A DNA stretch of 64,000 bases from Squalus acanthias (taxonomy: Eukaryota): positions 169,138,001-169,202,000 of the forward strand of contig CM059425.1 in assembly GCA_030390025.1 (NCBI GenBank), written 5' to 3'. Position numbers and translations under genes: made by a program. This document shows, in pieces, positions 1-12,424 of the stretch (position 1 is its first letter; each line of letters starts with the position of its first letter). A model generated the notes under the pieces. It ran no database searches. It had not been told where the DNA came from and saw only the letters and a program-made list of their open reading frames with translations.

Positions 1-407
1 GCTAGCTCTGACTACAGCAACTGCCAGGTGTAAGAAGGAAGGGAAGACGGTCATCTCCAGCTCCCAGCCTGCAATCGACATCGGCCACGACCAGCCGGAC
101 GGGTGATTGTAAGTATCAGTTGACTCGACAAGGGGTTTGCGCTGTGTAGGCAGCTGCAGTCAGATAAAGGAGGATGGGGACAGGTCATCTCCGATCCAGG
201 CCGACAATCCACAACGGTAACGACCGGCCGGATGGGTGATTGTAAGTTTCAGTCAAATCTCAACAGGGTTTTTGTCCGTGTTTTGTTGGTTTTAATAAAC
301 TAACAGTTTTGGGCTGAACCTAAACCTTTGTGTCATCTACCATTTTGTTCCTGTAAAACCCAGAGTCAAAGAACCCTTGAAAGGATGAGGAAACCAAACA
401 CCTTACA
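1..407 (+). mobile_element. 3' end of a probable LTR (runs off left edge)
   Basis: Internal ~134-bp duplication, AATAAA near 294, ends ...ccttaCA at 407; old CR1-like sequence follows. Confidence 0.5.
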
Positions 408-1127
408 CCCCTGCCATTGGACACAATATCCAGCCCTTCTACTACTTTTTGACTGCGGCTTCAGTGTGTAATTTCTACAGGATGCAGCAACTCGCCAAGC
501 TTACTTGGAATGTACATCCTAGTCCCACAACTTCTATCACCACCAACAACAACTTGCATTTGTATTGTGCCTTTTATGTAGAGAAATATCCCACAGAGGG
601 AAAAAAATGGATACTCAGCTAAGAAAGAGATATTACAAGGGGAGACAAAAAGCTTGGCTAAAGAGGTGGGTTTTAAAGAGGGTGCTCCAGGAGGAGAGGG
701 AGGTGGAGAGGCAGGGGGTTTACAGAGTGATTTACAGAATGTGGGCGTAGGTAGCTGAAGGTATAATTGCCAATAGTGGGGCAGAGGGAGGGGAATACAC
801 AAAAGGCTGGAGTAAGAGGAACAGAGAGTTATGGGGAGTTGTAATGCTGGAGGAGTTTACAGAGAAAGGAAGGGCTGAGGCCATGGAGGGATTTAAACAG
901 GAGAATGGGAATTTTAATTTTGAGGCATTGAGGGACCTGCAGTTAATGTATATCAACAAGGACATGGGTGATGGACAAATGGGACTTGATGGGGATAGGA
1001 TAATGAAACAAACTTTGCATGCGTTGAAGGTTACGGAAGATGGACGATGGGAGGCCAGTGAGGCGAACATTGCACTGACTGATTCTGGGAGTGACAAAGG
1101 CAAAGTGATGAGGATTTCAGTGGCAGA

Positions 1128-1548
1128 TGGGCGGAGGCTGGGGCTGGGGCAGAGGCTGGGGCTGGGGCTGGGGCGGAGGCTGGGGCTGGGGCGGAGACTG
1201 GGGCTGGGGCTGGGGCAGAGGCTGGGGCTGGGGCGGAGGCTGGGGCGGAGGCTGGGGCTGGGGCGGAGACTGGGGCGGAGGCTGGGGCTGGGGCGGAGAC
1301 TAGGGCGGAGGCTGGGGCGGAGGCTGAGGCTGGGGCGGAGGCTGGGGCTGGGGCTGGGGCTGGGGTGGAGGCTGGGGCGGAGGCTGGGGCTGGGGCGGAG
1401 GCAAGGGCTGAGGCTGGGGCGGAGGCGGAGGCGGAGGCTGGGGCGGAGGCTGGGGCCTGGGCGGAGGCTGAGGCGGAGGCCGGGGCGGAGGCTGGGGCGG
1501 AGGCTGGGGCGGAGGCTGGGGCGGAGGCTGGGGCTGGGGTGGAGGCTG
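1128..1548. repeat. G-rich hexamer-based minisatellite (GGGGCT/GGGGCG/GAGGCT)
   Basis: Directly visible; produces the RRLGLG, PASAPA and EAGA low-complexity ORFs. Confidence 0.95.
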
Positions 1549-1908
1549 GCAGTGTCACAGAGGAAGGAGGCGGTCTTTGTGTAGGAAGGGAAGGGAAGCT
1601 CAGCTCAGGATTGAATAGGATGCCCAGGTTGTGAATAATCTGGTTTATCCTGAAAAAGTGTCCAGGAGAGGAGATGAAGTTGGTATTGAGGGTACGGAGT
1701 TTGTGGGAGGGGTTGTAGATGATGGCTTTGGGGTCCAAAGACAATATGCCTTTGGTCTTCCCACTATTCAGCCGGATGAAATTGCGGCCCATCTGAGATT
1801 GGACCTTGGAAAAGCAGTCTGACAACACAGATGTGGTGAAGGGGTTAAAAGAGGTGATGGAGGGGTAGAGCTGGGTGTCATCAGCAGACATGTGGACGCT
1901 AACACTAT

Positions 1909-4044
1909 GGGCTCGATTTTGCCAGTGTGGGCTGACTGGGGCGTGCCAGGTGGGATTCGTGTCAGGACCCCGACGCCGAAGTGAAGTGTTGAAAAATTGC
2001 GATTTTCCCCTAATTAGGCAATTGATTTCCAGCGTGTGGGAACCCCTGGCCCAATTCGTCTTTTCATGCAGACAGTTGTCTCCGATGACGTCATCAATGC
2101 TGCTGGATTTAAGACCTGCAAGCAGCCTTGCTTCTTCTGGAGACTGGAAACGCTTTGGAAATTGTATGAAGGACTTCATTTACCGACCATGTCCACCAGC
2201 AAGCAAAAGTGTGCACCTCGCTTTGATGAGCCCTCCCTCCAAGCACTGGTGCAGGGAGCAAGATCTAATAAGCAGGTGATCTTCCTTTTCTCAGGGAGAA
2301 AAAAGCCACCCCAGCAGACTAAAGCTGTGTGGCTGCAAGTGGCCGAGGAGGTCAACTCCATTTTGCTGAGCCGCAGAACCTGGCTGCAGTGCAGGAAGAG
2401 GTTTCATGATCTTCTCCGCACAGGAAAAGTGAGTATGACTTTCCCATCACCCTCAATCTGATCCCCATCGCCTCTCCTCACCAGCACTCTGCTTTGCCAA
2501 CCTCTTCCTCCACATCCCACTTGACACTTACATCCCTGCACCCTTACCCATTGCCTCACTCGCTATGGTCACATTCACTTCACTATTCGACCATGTAGCC
2601 CTCACACTCCCTATCACTGTGATGCAACAACAACAACTTACAACACACAGGGAGGGCCCTTTGTCTCCTTCTAAGCATCTATGCTATGCATTCTCTACAC
2701 TCACTCCTTCATTCTCACTCAAACTCCACTTTTGTCCCTCATTGCAGGAAAAGAGAGCCCACAATAAGAGGGAAAGAGCGAGGACAGTAGGAGTGCCAAC
2801 CTCAGTAGCTCAGCTCACCACCTCGGGGGAGGCGGTCCTGGAAATTGCCGGGATCGAGGAGGATTCCCAAGTGGTGGACGGACAGGCGGGCGCATCACAG
2901 CAAGCTGGTGACAGAATAGTTTGGCATCTCTCTCATTGACATTGCATGAGTCACTGATATTGAATCTGATGCTCTAACAGATTGACTTACAATCATCTGC
3001 ACTATTCAATGTGCATGTAATCTTGACCTCACATCTCTAACTCTTTCCTTTACTCCCCCACAGGACCATCGAGAGCCCCCGTCCCCATTGTCCAGGAGGA
3101 AGAGCCTGAGCTTCCAGACTCCTCAGAGGAAGCTGCAACCTCTGAGGGTGCTGCGTCAGCAGAATTAAGCGCACTCTGCACCAGCGCAGACACTCACACC
3201 TCGGTGGGACCTTCACGAGATAGAGTAGTGTTGTCACCTGGTGTATCACAGATCACAAGTGAGCATCAGCAGATGGTGGAGACAGGGACAGCAGTGGAGA
3301 GTCCTCGTCGGAGGGCGCAGGACGCTCCCAGCTCGGCTCCGCTGCATGTCGACCCTGTGCCTCCGGGTCCATCCAGAAGGAGAGCGGTGCTGGAACTCCA
3401 GGAACAGGTGCAGAAGTCTCTGGCAGGTTGGTGCTGCTGTTGTTCATGGTTCTGCTGCTGCCAAGGCTGGTCCGAATCTGATGTCCAGGAGGAAAGGAAA
3501 TAAATGGTTCCCATGCTTCTGGTATATGCCTCAGCTGAGGAAGCGCTCAGTCAAGGTGGCGAGAGGGGTTTCCCAGGAGGTCACACTGGAGATGGGTGTC
3601 AGGCTCCAAACTTCCACAACAATGGGTATGCCTGCTCAAAGTTCCCCCAGACCTGAGACAACAAAGTTCTGCCACCTGCAAATGATGATTGCTGAAAACT
3701 CCTTTTAAATGGTGGAGCTGCAGCTGTTAGTAAGCAGTCCACTTGTGAGGCCACCAGGATTCACTGGCGTGTTCCAGAGGAGACATGCAGGACGTGGAAA
3801 AAGTGGTAAAATCAGAAAGGCCTCTCAAAATGGGATTATAGTGGCAATTAAGTGGTTGTTAAGGGCCTTAAGGCCCTATCCCGCCTCTTGGAGGCGGGAT
3901 GGAAATGGGGTCAGAAAACAAGCATGTGGGAAAATTGCTTGGAGGCGGGACGGAGGTGGGATTGGGCCCGCCCGCCATTTTTTGCGATTTTAACACCTCA
4001 CACGCCTCCAATCCCGCCTCCTCGGGCCTGGCAAAATCGAGCCC
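1909..4044 (+). mobile_element. Internally deleted PIF/Harbinger DNA transposon
   Basis: Perfect 17-bp TIRs gggctcgattttgccag / ctggcaaaatcgagccc; 3-bp TSD TAT (1906-1908, 4045-4047); carries a Myb/SANT-like gene. Confidence 0.92.
2189..3503 (+). CDS. Harbinger Myb/SANT-like DNA-binding protein; exons 2189-2428, 2748-2907, 3064-3503 (279 aa)
   Basis: APRF...W..VAEEVNS...RTWLQCRKRFHDL motif; GT-AG introns in phase 0 then phase 1; spliced frame stays open. Confidence 0.75.
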
Positions 4045-5739
4045 TATGTCTGAGGATAATATCGCCAAGGGGCAGAATGTAGATTAGGAAGGGGGGTGGG
4101 GGTGGTGGTTGCATAGATGGAAGCTTGGGGTTTCCCTATGGAAAGAAGCCACTGGTAGGGGTGTTCTGGCTACAATCAGATACGTAAGAATGGAATCAAG
4201 CGAGGTCAGTCCCACCAAGCTGGACAATGGAGGAGAGACGTTGAAGGAGGATGGTCTGGTCGACTGTGTCACAGATTGTAAAGAGATCAAGGAGGACGAA
4301 GAGGGATATTGCATCATGGTCACAGTTACAGAGAATTTACATAGGTTTGGTCAGGGATGTTTAGGTGCTGTGGGAGTGGTGGAAACCTGATAGGAAAGAT
4401 TTAAACAGGGAGTTGCGGCAGAGATCGTTACAGATCGGGGAGGTGACAACACATTCAAGGGCTTTGGAGAGGAAAGGGGGGTTGGAGATTGCGTGGTAGT
4501 TTGCAAGGAAAGTGGGATTGAGGGTGTGTTTTTTGAGGAGAGGGTTGATGGTGGTGGTTTAGAAGGGGAGGGGGCTGTGCCTGAGGAGAGGTAACCATTT
4601 ACAATGTCAGCTAGAAGGACAAAGCAGTGAGATCATGGGAACCCCATCACCTCCAACTTCCCCTCCCAGTCACAACCATCCTGATTGGACATGTATCACA
4701 GTTGCTTCATTATCATTGGGTCAATATCCTGGAATTCCCTATATAACAGTATTGTGGGAGCACCATCAGCACAAGGACTGCAGCAGTTCAAGGAGAAGAC
4801 CTACCACCACGTTCTCAGGTCATGGGCAATAGATGTGACCTTGACAGCATTGCACACATCCCGAGAACAGAATTTTTATAAAATGATTAGGCTGGAAGTT
4901 CCTCTTCTGACCCCCTGGGGACAGATGTGAGGTTAGGCAGAACTTCTGACCACCCCATGTATGCGTCGTGACTGCATCTCAAATCCCAAAGTCAGGGTCA
5001 TTAGCATGTGTGGGTGGATGTGGGGTCTGTGCCATTTTTGGTATTTCTGGGCACCTGCTTCAATGGAAGTTTTGCTGCAGCACTTAGTGAAGTCGATTGG
5101 TCAGCAATCGATTGCCATAGGGAAAGCAGCCTATTATATTAGACCCCCCTTCTGTCCAGATCAACTCCTTGCACCCTAGTAAGCCTGCTTCATTCAGGTC
5201 TACATTACTTCAAGGGAAACACTGGAGGAACAAAGAGTTTTGGGCATTGTGCGAGAAGAGGTTACAGAGATAGGGATGGGTAAGGCCATGGAGATATTGA
5301 AACATAGGGATAAGAATTCAAAACTTTCCCAACCACTGATTTTACCTATAGGGTTTTATTGGCAGGAGTGATGGGGGAGAATTTGACCCATTTGGTTTTC
5401 ATCAAGGTGATCTTATCAACTCAGCTTCTATGCCAAGTAAAGCCATTTCCTCCTAGGGAACCTTACAGAGGAATAAAATAAAATCATGCTTCAAAAGCAT
5501 GAAAGGACCCAATAAACACCATGAATATTCAGAGGCACAGATGAATGCTTCGTCAGTTGAGTAAAAAAAGAAAGAATTTTGCATTTGTATAGCACATTTC
5601 ATGACCTTGGCACGTCCCAAAATGCTTCACATCTAATGACGTACTACTGAAGTGTAATCACTGTTGCAAAGTAGGACAGCAAAGTCGTCCCTGGAGGTGC
5701 AGTGCGCAGGTACTCTTGCACTGTAAATAATATTTACCT

Positions 5740-6130
5740 AAAAATCCAGGTGTAATTTTTCTTTTCCGTTACCAAAGAAATTGCCTTTGGGCTTTCCACA
5801 GTCCACTTGGGATGTCACTCCCTCAAAAACGCCATGAAGGTTGTTCGGGCAGGAGCTTTCCCTTTTGAATTCATGTTGGCTTCTATTTCATAGGTTAGTC
5901 CGGCACAGGTATTCTTCAAGTTTACTCCTGATAATTGGTTCCATTATTTTACCTGGCATTGAAGACTAATGACTCTGTAGTTGCCTATGTCTGCTTTGGC
6001 ACCCGTTTTGGAAATGAACATCATGTTAGCCTGTTTTCAGCCTACAGATATCTTCCCAGTGTTCATCGCCTCCTTCCTAATTACTGTCAATGCCTCACAG
6101 ATCTCCACTGTCTCTCTAAGTACTTTGGGA
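5740..6130 (-). mobile_element. Old CR1 LINE ORF2 fragment
   Basis: Minus strand reads GKIMEPIIRSKLEEYL*..SQHEFKRESSCPNNL, a decayed CR1 RT block. Confidence 0.6.
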
Positions 6131-7203
6131 TAAATACCATCTATCAGCTACTAAGATTCTAGATTTGGGTAAGAAGGACTTCAAAGGGATGAGGCAGGGA
6201 CTGTCCACAGTAAACTGGGCAAATCTGTTAATGGGTAAAATAACAGAAGATCAGTGGGAGATGTTCAAAAAAGAATTTAAGGTGATATGGAACCAGTTTA
6301 TACCCCTAAGGGGCAAGAGCTCTACTTGCCAAAAAACAGCCATACTAAAGAGATAAGGGATAACATAAAACTAAAAGAAAAAGTGTACAAAAATACAAAA
6401 ATAGCACAGATCCTGGTGAATGGGAAAGATACAAAGAACAGCAAAGGGTGACAAAACAGATAGTAAGAGCTACAAAAAGGGAGTATGAAAGGAAACTTGC
6501 AAGGGATATCAAAGTCAACATAATTTTTTTACAATTATATTAAGAAAAAGAGGGTAGTCAGGAGCAATGTTGGCCCCTTAAAAACTGAAAGCGGTGATAT
6601 TATCAATGATAATAAGGAAATTGCAGACCTGTTGAATAATTACTTTGCGTCAGTATTTACAGTAGAGGAAGAGAATAGCATGCCAGAAATCCCAAGGAAA
6701 CTAAATCAGGGACAGGGACTCAATAAAATTAATATAAGTAAAATAACAGTACTGAAGAAAATAATGGCACTAAAGAGTGACAAATCCCCAGGGCCAGATG
6801 GTTTCCACCCCAGGGTTTTAAAGGAAGTAGGTGAGAACATTGCAGATGCCCTAACTATAATCTTCCAAAGTTCTCTCGATTCAGGAACCGTTCCTTTAGA
6901 TTGGAAAATTGCGCATGTCACTCCGATATTTAAAAATGATGAGAGAGGGAAACCAGGGAATTATAGACCAGTTAACCTAACATCTGTTGTCGGGAAATTG
7001 CTCGAGTCTATAATTAAGGATAGGGTGACTTGTCAGAAACTAAAGATGCCTAAAAATGTATATGGTTATGCGATTAAAACTGTGACGCGAAAAATGCTGT
7101 GTTTAAATGGTTATGTTCAAATTGCAGACGGAAAGTCTCCTTGAACCAGATAGATGCTTAGAAGTGCTAATGTTTTGATTTCCTACGGAGGGCATAGTAC
7201 AAT

Positions 7204-7847
7204 GGCCTTTATTACAAGAGGATTTGAGTATAAGAGTAAAGACGTCTTACTGCAATTATATAGGGCCCTGGTGAGACCACACCTGGAGTATTGTGTACAG
7301 TTTTGGTCTCCTTACCTAAGGAAGAATATACTTGCCATAGAGGGAGTGCAACGAAGGTTCACCAGCCTGGTTCCTGGGATGGGGGGATTGTCCTATGAGG
7401 ACAGATTGAGTAGACTAGGCCTATATCCTCTGGAGTTTAGAAGAATGAGAGGTGATCTCATTGAAACATACAAAATTCTTACAGGGCTTGACAGGGTAGA
7501 TGCAGGGAGGATGTTTCCCCTGGCTGGGGAGTTTAGAACCAGGGGTCACAGTCTCAGAATAAGGGGTCGGCCATTTAGGACTGAGATGAAAGAAATTTCT
7601 TCACTCACAGGGTGGTGAATCTTTGGATTCTCTCTCCCAGAGGGTTGTGGAGGCTCAGTCATTGAGTATATTCAAGACAGAGATCGATAGATTTTTGAAT
7701 ATTAAGGGAATCAAGGGATGTGGGGATAGTTCAGGAAAGTGGAGTTGAGGTAGAAGATCAGCCATGATCTTATTGAATGGCGGAGCAGGCTCGAAGGGCA
7801 AAATGGCCTACTCCTGCTCCTATTTCTTAAGTTCTTATGTTCTTATA
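7204..7847 (+). mobile_element. CR1 3' fragment inserted inside the LTR
   Basis: AFITRGFEYKSKDVLLQLYRALVRPHLEYC; (ttcttatg)-type tail; possible TSD TACAAT. Confidence 0.88.
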
Positions 7848-8329
7848 TACAATCTCCCTGTTGCTAAGCGATTATCTGTTGTTTTTAAGTTAAGACTTGA
7901 ACCTTGTCTATGTATTTTATGTATAATGCTAAGGTAGGATTTGAAGTTAGTTTAACAGAACTGCTTGCGAAGATAATGGAAGGAAGGTTGGGGAAGTTAA
8001 CGTAAACATTTGCTACGTCATAAAGGAGGTAACACTCTGAAGCGAACAGGTTTCTAGTTGGGCCTCATGAGATCAAAGAAGGATACAGATGAAAGAGATA
8101 AGAGGCGAATTCCACATGAAGGAAACACTGGGAAAATATAAACAGAAAAAAACATGTGGCCAAAATCATAAGACATCTTTAGGACGGGCTTTGACACAAG
8201 AATCGAGACAAAGAACTAGAAGTTCCATTGGATATTAAGGGTTATGGGGAACTTCTATAGGTCAAAAGGCCTTGTTAATATCCCAGTTCAGGCCCACCCC
8301 TAAAAGTAGAATAAAAGTGACCTCCCGAA

Positions 8330-8485
8330 AGCTTGTACTCACAGACAGAAGAGAAAGGAGAGAGAGAGAGAGAGAGCTTGTACTCACAGATGGAAGAGAA
8401 AGAGAGAGAGAGAGCTTGTACTCACAGATGGAAGAGAAAGAGAGAGAGAGAGCTTGTACTCACAGATGGAAGAGAGAGAGAGAGA
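8330..8485. repeat. About 4 tandem copies of agcttgtactcacagatggaagagaaag(ag)n within the LTR
   Basis: Directly visible. Confidence 0.9.
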
Positions 8486-10226
8486 AGGAGGCTCTAGACG
8501 AAAGGAAGAAGAGAATTGCTCACATGTGTCAACCGTCTGTCCAATCAGATTGGTATCAGCTTCTTGTCACGGTCATATGTTTTTGCTGTATAACTAATGT
8601 GTTATATTCCATCTTAAACTCTGATTAAACACAATATACCCACCATATTGGTTTGCACTCGAACCTGAATGTTTAAAGTGACCAGAGATAGCCGTAACTT
8701 GGCTATTTCTAACAGACTGAACACCTCAAAAATTTTCAGTTGATCAGAGAGAGCCAGCATGGATTTGTGAAAGGGAGGTCATGTCTGACAAACCTGATTG
8801 AATTTTTTGAAGAGGTGACTAAAGTAGTGGACAGGGGAATGTCTATGGATGTTATTTATATAGACTTCCAGAAGGCATTTGATGAAGTCCCACATAAGAG
8901 ACTGTTAACTAAGGTAGAAGCCCATGGAATTGAAGGCAAATTATTGACCTGGTTAGGAAATTGGCTGAGCAGCAGGAGACAGGCAGTAGTGATAATGGGT
9001 AGGTACTCAAATTGGTAGGAGGTGACTAGTGGTGTCCCGCAGGGATCTGTGTTGCGGCCTCAACTATTCACAGTATTTATTAACAACTTAGATGGCGGCA
9101 TAGAAAATCATATATTCAAATTTGCCAATGACACAAAGATAGGTGGAATTGTAGGCAGTGTAGATGAAAGCATGAAATTACAAAGGGATATTGACAGATT
9201 AAGTGAATGGGCAAAACTGTGGTAAATGGATTTCAATGTAGGCAAATGTGAGGTCATCCACTTTGGACCTAAAAAGGATAGAACAGGGTACTTTCTAAAT
9301 GGTGAAAGGCTAAAAACAGTGGATGTCCAAAGAGACTTGGGGTCCAGGTACATAGATCATTAAAATGTCATTAACAGGTACAGAAAATAATCAAAAAGTC
9401 TAATAGGATGCTGGCCTTTATATCTAGAGGACTAGAATACAATGGGGTAGAAGTTATGCTGCAGCTATACAAAACCCTGGTTAGACCACACCTGGAGTAC
9501 TGTGAGCAGTTCTGGGCACCACACCTTGGGAAGGATATACTGGCCTTGGAGGGAGTGCTGTGTAGGTTTACCAGAATGATACCCGGACTTCAAGGGTTAA
9601 GTTACGAGGAGCGATTACACAAATTAGGGTTGTATTCCCTAGAATTTAGAAGGTTAAGGGGTGATCTGATCGAAGTTTTCAAGATATTAAGGGGAACAGA
9701 TAGGGTAGATAGAGAGAAACTATTTCCGCTGGTTGGGGATTCTAGGACTAGGGGACATAGTCTAAAAATTAGAGGCAGACCTTTCAGGAGTGAAATTAGG
9801 AAACACTTCGATACACAAAGGGTGGTAGAAGTTTGGAACTCTCTTCTGCAAACGGCAATTGATGCTAGATCAATTGTTAATTTTAAATCGGAGATTGATA
9901 GCTTTCTGCTAACCAAAGGTATTAAGAGATATGGGGCAAAGGCAGGTATATGGAGTTAGGTCGCAGATCAGCCATGATCTCATTGAATGGTGGAGCAGGC
10001 TCGAGGGGCTGAATGGCCTCCTCCTGTTCCTATGTTTCCTGGGATTTCTTTGTTTTGAGTCTTTTTACTCTCTGTATGATTTCTATTTCACTATTATCAT
10101 TCTTCTCTTGTGAATACTTGGAGGGAGTAATCATTTTGTAAATGCACTATCTTGATTTAGCGTTCCACTTCCTTCCTGGAGCGCAAAACCAAATTTTTTA
10201 AAAGTTGAGAAACATTAGTGCCTGGC

Positions 10227-10761
10227 CATGATTTATCATAGAAAAAAAAGTTCAACTTTCTTGTAAACCCCGAGTTTGATTTGGAGGATGTTTATGCAAA
10301 ATATTTATGTGCTGGTTTTCTGAATTCATGTTCCCGTTGTTCCACCTCACCTGCCAGGAGAGTTTATTGATACCCTCAAATACTGGCATCCAGAAAAATA
10401 ATCCATCATCCTCCTTAAATCTATTGCTGGTTTTTCGCTCCTAAGCATCGCTACACCTCAATGCTGCTGGATTAATTCTGGGGATTGCAGGAACTCCCCT
10501 GAGAAGGACTCACACTGGTTGATCAGGAGGAACCAATAATAATTGGGTTATTGTCTTGTCAGTTAGTGCTGCCAATCTGTTATCCTATGTGTAATGTTCT
10601 GACAGCACGCAGGCACTATAACATGATTTATAAAAAAAAAGTTCAACTTTCTTGTAAACCCTAAGTTTGATTTACAGGATGTTTATGCAAACTATTTAAG
10701 GGCTGGTTTTCTGAATTCATGTTCCCGTTGTGCCACCTCATCCGCCAAGAGAATTTATTGG
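10227..10761. repeat. Diverged ~140-bp direct repeat pair (10227-10370, 10622-10761)
   Basis: Shared catgatttat..aaagttcaactttcttgtaaaccc..ggatgtttatgcaaa..gctggttttctgaattcatgttcccgttg. Confidence 0.9.
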
Positions 10762-12263
10762 GAAATCGCAGGCATGTTCCCCATGTTTTTCTGTCCAGTT
10801 ACTTCCGTTTCCGATACATGCTCCTGGAAGGCAAGGCTTTGTGCCAGGAGTATGCATTCAGAAAATTGGCCTTTAGGAGTTGGACAAGCTATACTGCAGC
10901 TTTTGTGTTGAAGCAGTGCAACTGGGAAGTGAAGCTATTGAATTGGTGTTGCATTAAAGTTTGGCAGAGGCAGAGGCAGAGGCAGAGGCACAATGGTTTG
11001 GCTTTACAATGGCAGTAGTATAACTGCAACTGGTGCAAAGCATACTTTGGAAAGTTCCCAAGTGGCTCTTTCTTAACATGCTGGTGTGAAAAGCTCTGAG
11101 CACTGCATGTGTGCATGTATCGCAGAGCTCTGTTTGCCTGACTATCGAGTGATAGGTGGAGCTGATAGTACAACTCTACATTTCTCCAAACAAGTACTGG
11201 TCTCAAAGCGATACCTGCAGGATAACAGTGCCATTAGAACAGTGTCAGTACCACCAGTGCAGGAGCAATGACCAAAGTGGAAAAGCATAAGCAAACCACC
11301 CAGCTGAAAGAGAATCACAAGGGTGCAGCACAAATAATAGCCAGAAGAATCTGCACAAGAATTGCTTTCTGATCTTTGAAACCAAAAACCTGCACCTGTT
11401 TTATGTACTCCCATTGTAACTTCTGATGGAAGTCTGATAGAAAGGGTCCCAGATGGGTTCCAGATACATCAAGTCCTGGCCTTGCGCTCCAGTTTCTGGA
11501 TGGCCTTGTGGTGGCAGATCCTCAGTCTACTCCAAACAAGGCTGTTGACATAAGGAGGACAGGGCGGGCCCAGAGGTGGGGACCCTATACATTGGTAGTA
11601 CCCTTGCTCTGGGCATTCAAAGGAACCTAACAAATCCTTGGCTGCAGTATGCCTACTGGCTACCTCCATGGTGGATATGGGCCCCCCTGGAGGTCCAGAG
11701 TGAGATCGTGGCCTGGACCCCCGAAGATCTGCTACTTTTTATTCAAGTTTTAAGGCAGCTTCTTTTGTAAGGGGACCACACGGGTACTTTAAAGTTGCAG
11801 AGGAGGGAACCGGACACCCCTGCATCGGGCGTGGAATCAGGCTGTACTTAACGGCTTCTTTGATGGGGGTGAGGGGCCCCCATGTGTCTCTAGCACGCTA
11901 TGGCCATGCAAATCGTGAGACCTCCTCATGATTCCACGAGCTATGGCGGGATCGGTGGTGGAGCTCGGAGGCATGCGCATCACGGAACTTGCGCTGCCGC
12001 ACTATTTGCAGTGCCATTACATCCCCCACCAGTACCACTGCTAAAAAAAACTCCAGCAAACACTGAAAAAGATTTCAGGCAGGGTTGACTGCAAGTCATA
12101 CAGTAGCTGTATATCTGATGACAAAATATATGTATATACAATGAGTATCAGCAATCTACTGGGTATGCAGCAAATAATTAACCACAATGTTCTATAGCTG
12201 CAAAACAAAAAGTTACAAAACGAAGCAAACATGCTTCTTGAAGCTCACTTTGACTCTCCCTAC

Positions 12264-12374
12264 CTTGAAGAGCCAGGGTGGCTGCCTCAGAGTGAGGTAT
12301 GCTGGTCACGTCAGTTCCGTTAACAACCAGCACAATGTCACCAATCTGAAGTCCTGCTTCTTCAGCTGCACCAT
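12264..12374 (-). CDS. PDZ gene coding exon 6: second half of the PDZ domain
   Basis: ttgattccAG|...|GTaggg, 111 nt, phase 1-1; (N)GAAEEAGLQIGDIVLVVNGTDVTSIPHSEAATLALQ(G). Confidence 0.92.
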
Positions 12375-12424
12375 CTGGAATCAAGCCGGAAATCACGTAA
12401 ATATTTGACAGTAGTTTTACAAGG

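Larger units (their letters stand above)
545..4615 (-). mobile_element. Degraded L2 LINE (3' half), interrupted by a G-rich repeat expansion and a Harbinger element
   Basis: L2-type tail at 545 (aacaacttgcatttgtattgtgcc); minus-strand RT remnants HMSADDTQLY, LNSGKT, NLGILFNPELSF; colinear with the L2 copy at 33090-34815. Confidence 0.8.
7031..8714 (+). mobile_element. Solo LTR (Gypsy/ERV-type) with a nested CR1 fragment
   Basis: TG...CA termini with inverted repeat tgtcagaaa / tttctaaca; 4-bp TSD GACT (7027-7030, 8715-8718); removal restores the CR1 frame DRVT-EHL. Confidence 0.88.
6160..10037 (+). mobile_element. CR1 LINE (5'-truncated, broken ORF2) split by a solo LTR
   Basis: [63 protein letters not shown]1 3' UTR ending cctgttcctatgtt. 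Confidence 0.92.

Noticed and set aside
844..2179. Long RRLGLG, PASAPA and EAGA ORFs
   Set aside because: Products of a stop-free hexamer repeat inside a decayed L2
407..12263. Next PDZ-gene exon
   Set aside because: No convincing phase-1 exon found; candidates near 461 and 5740 are CR1 remnants
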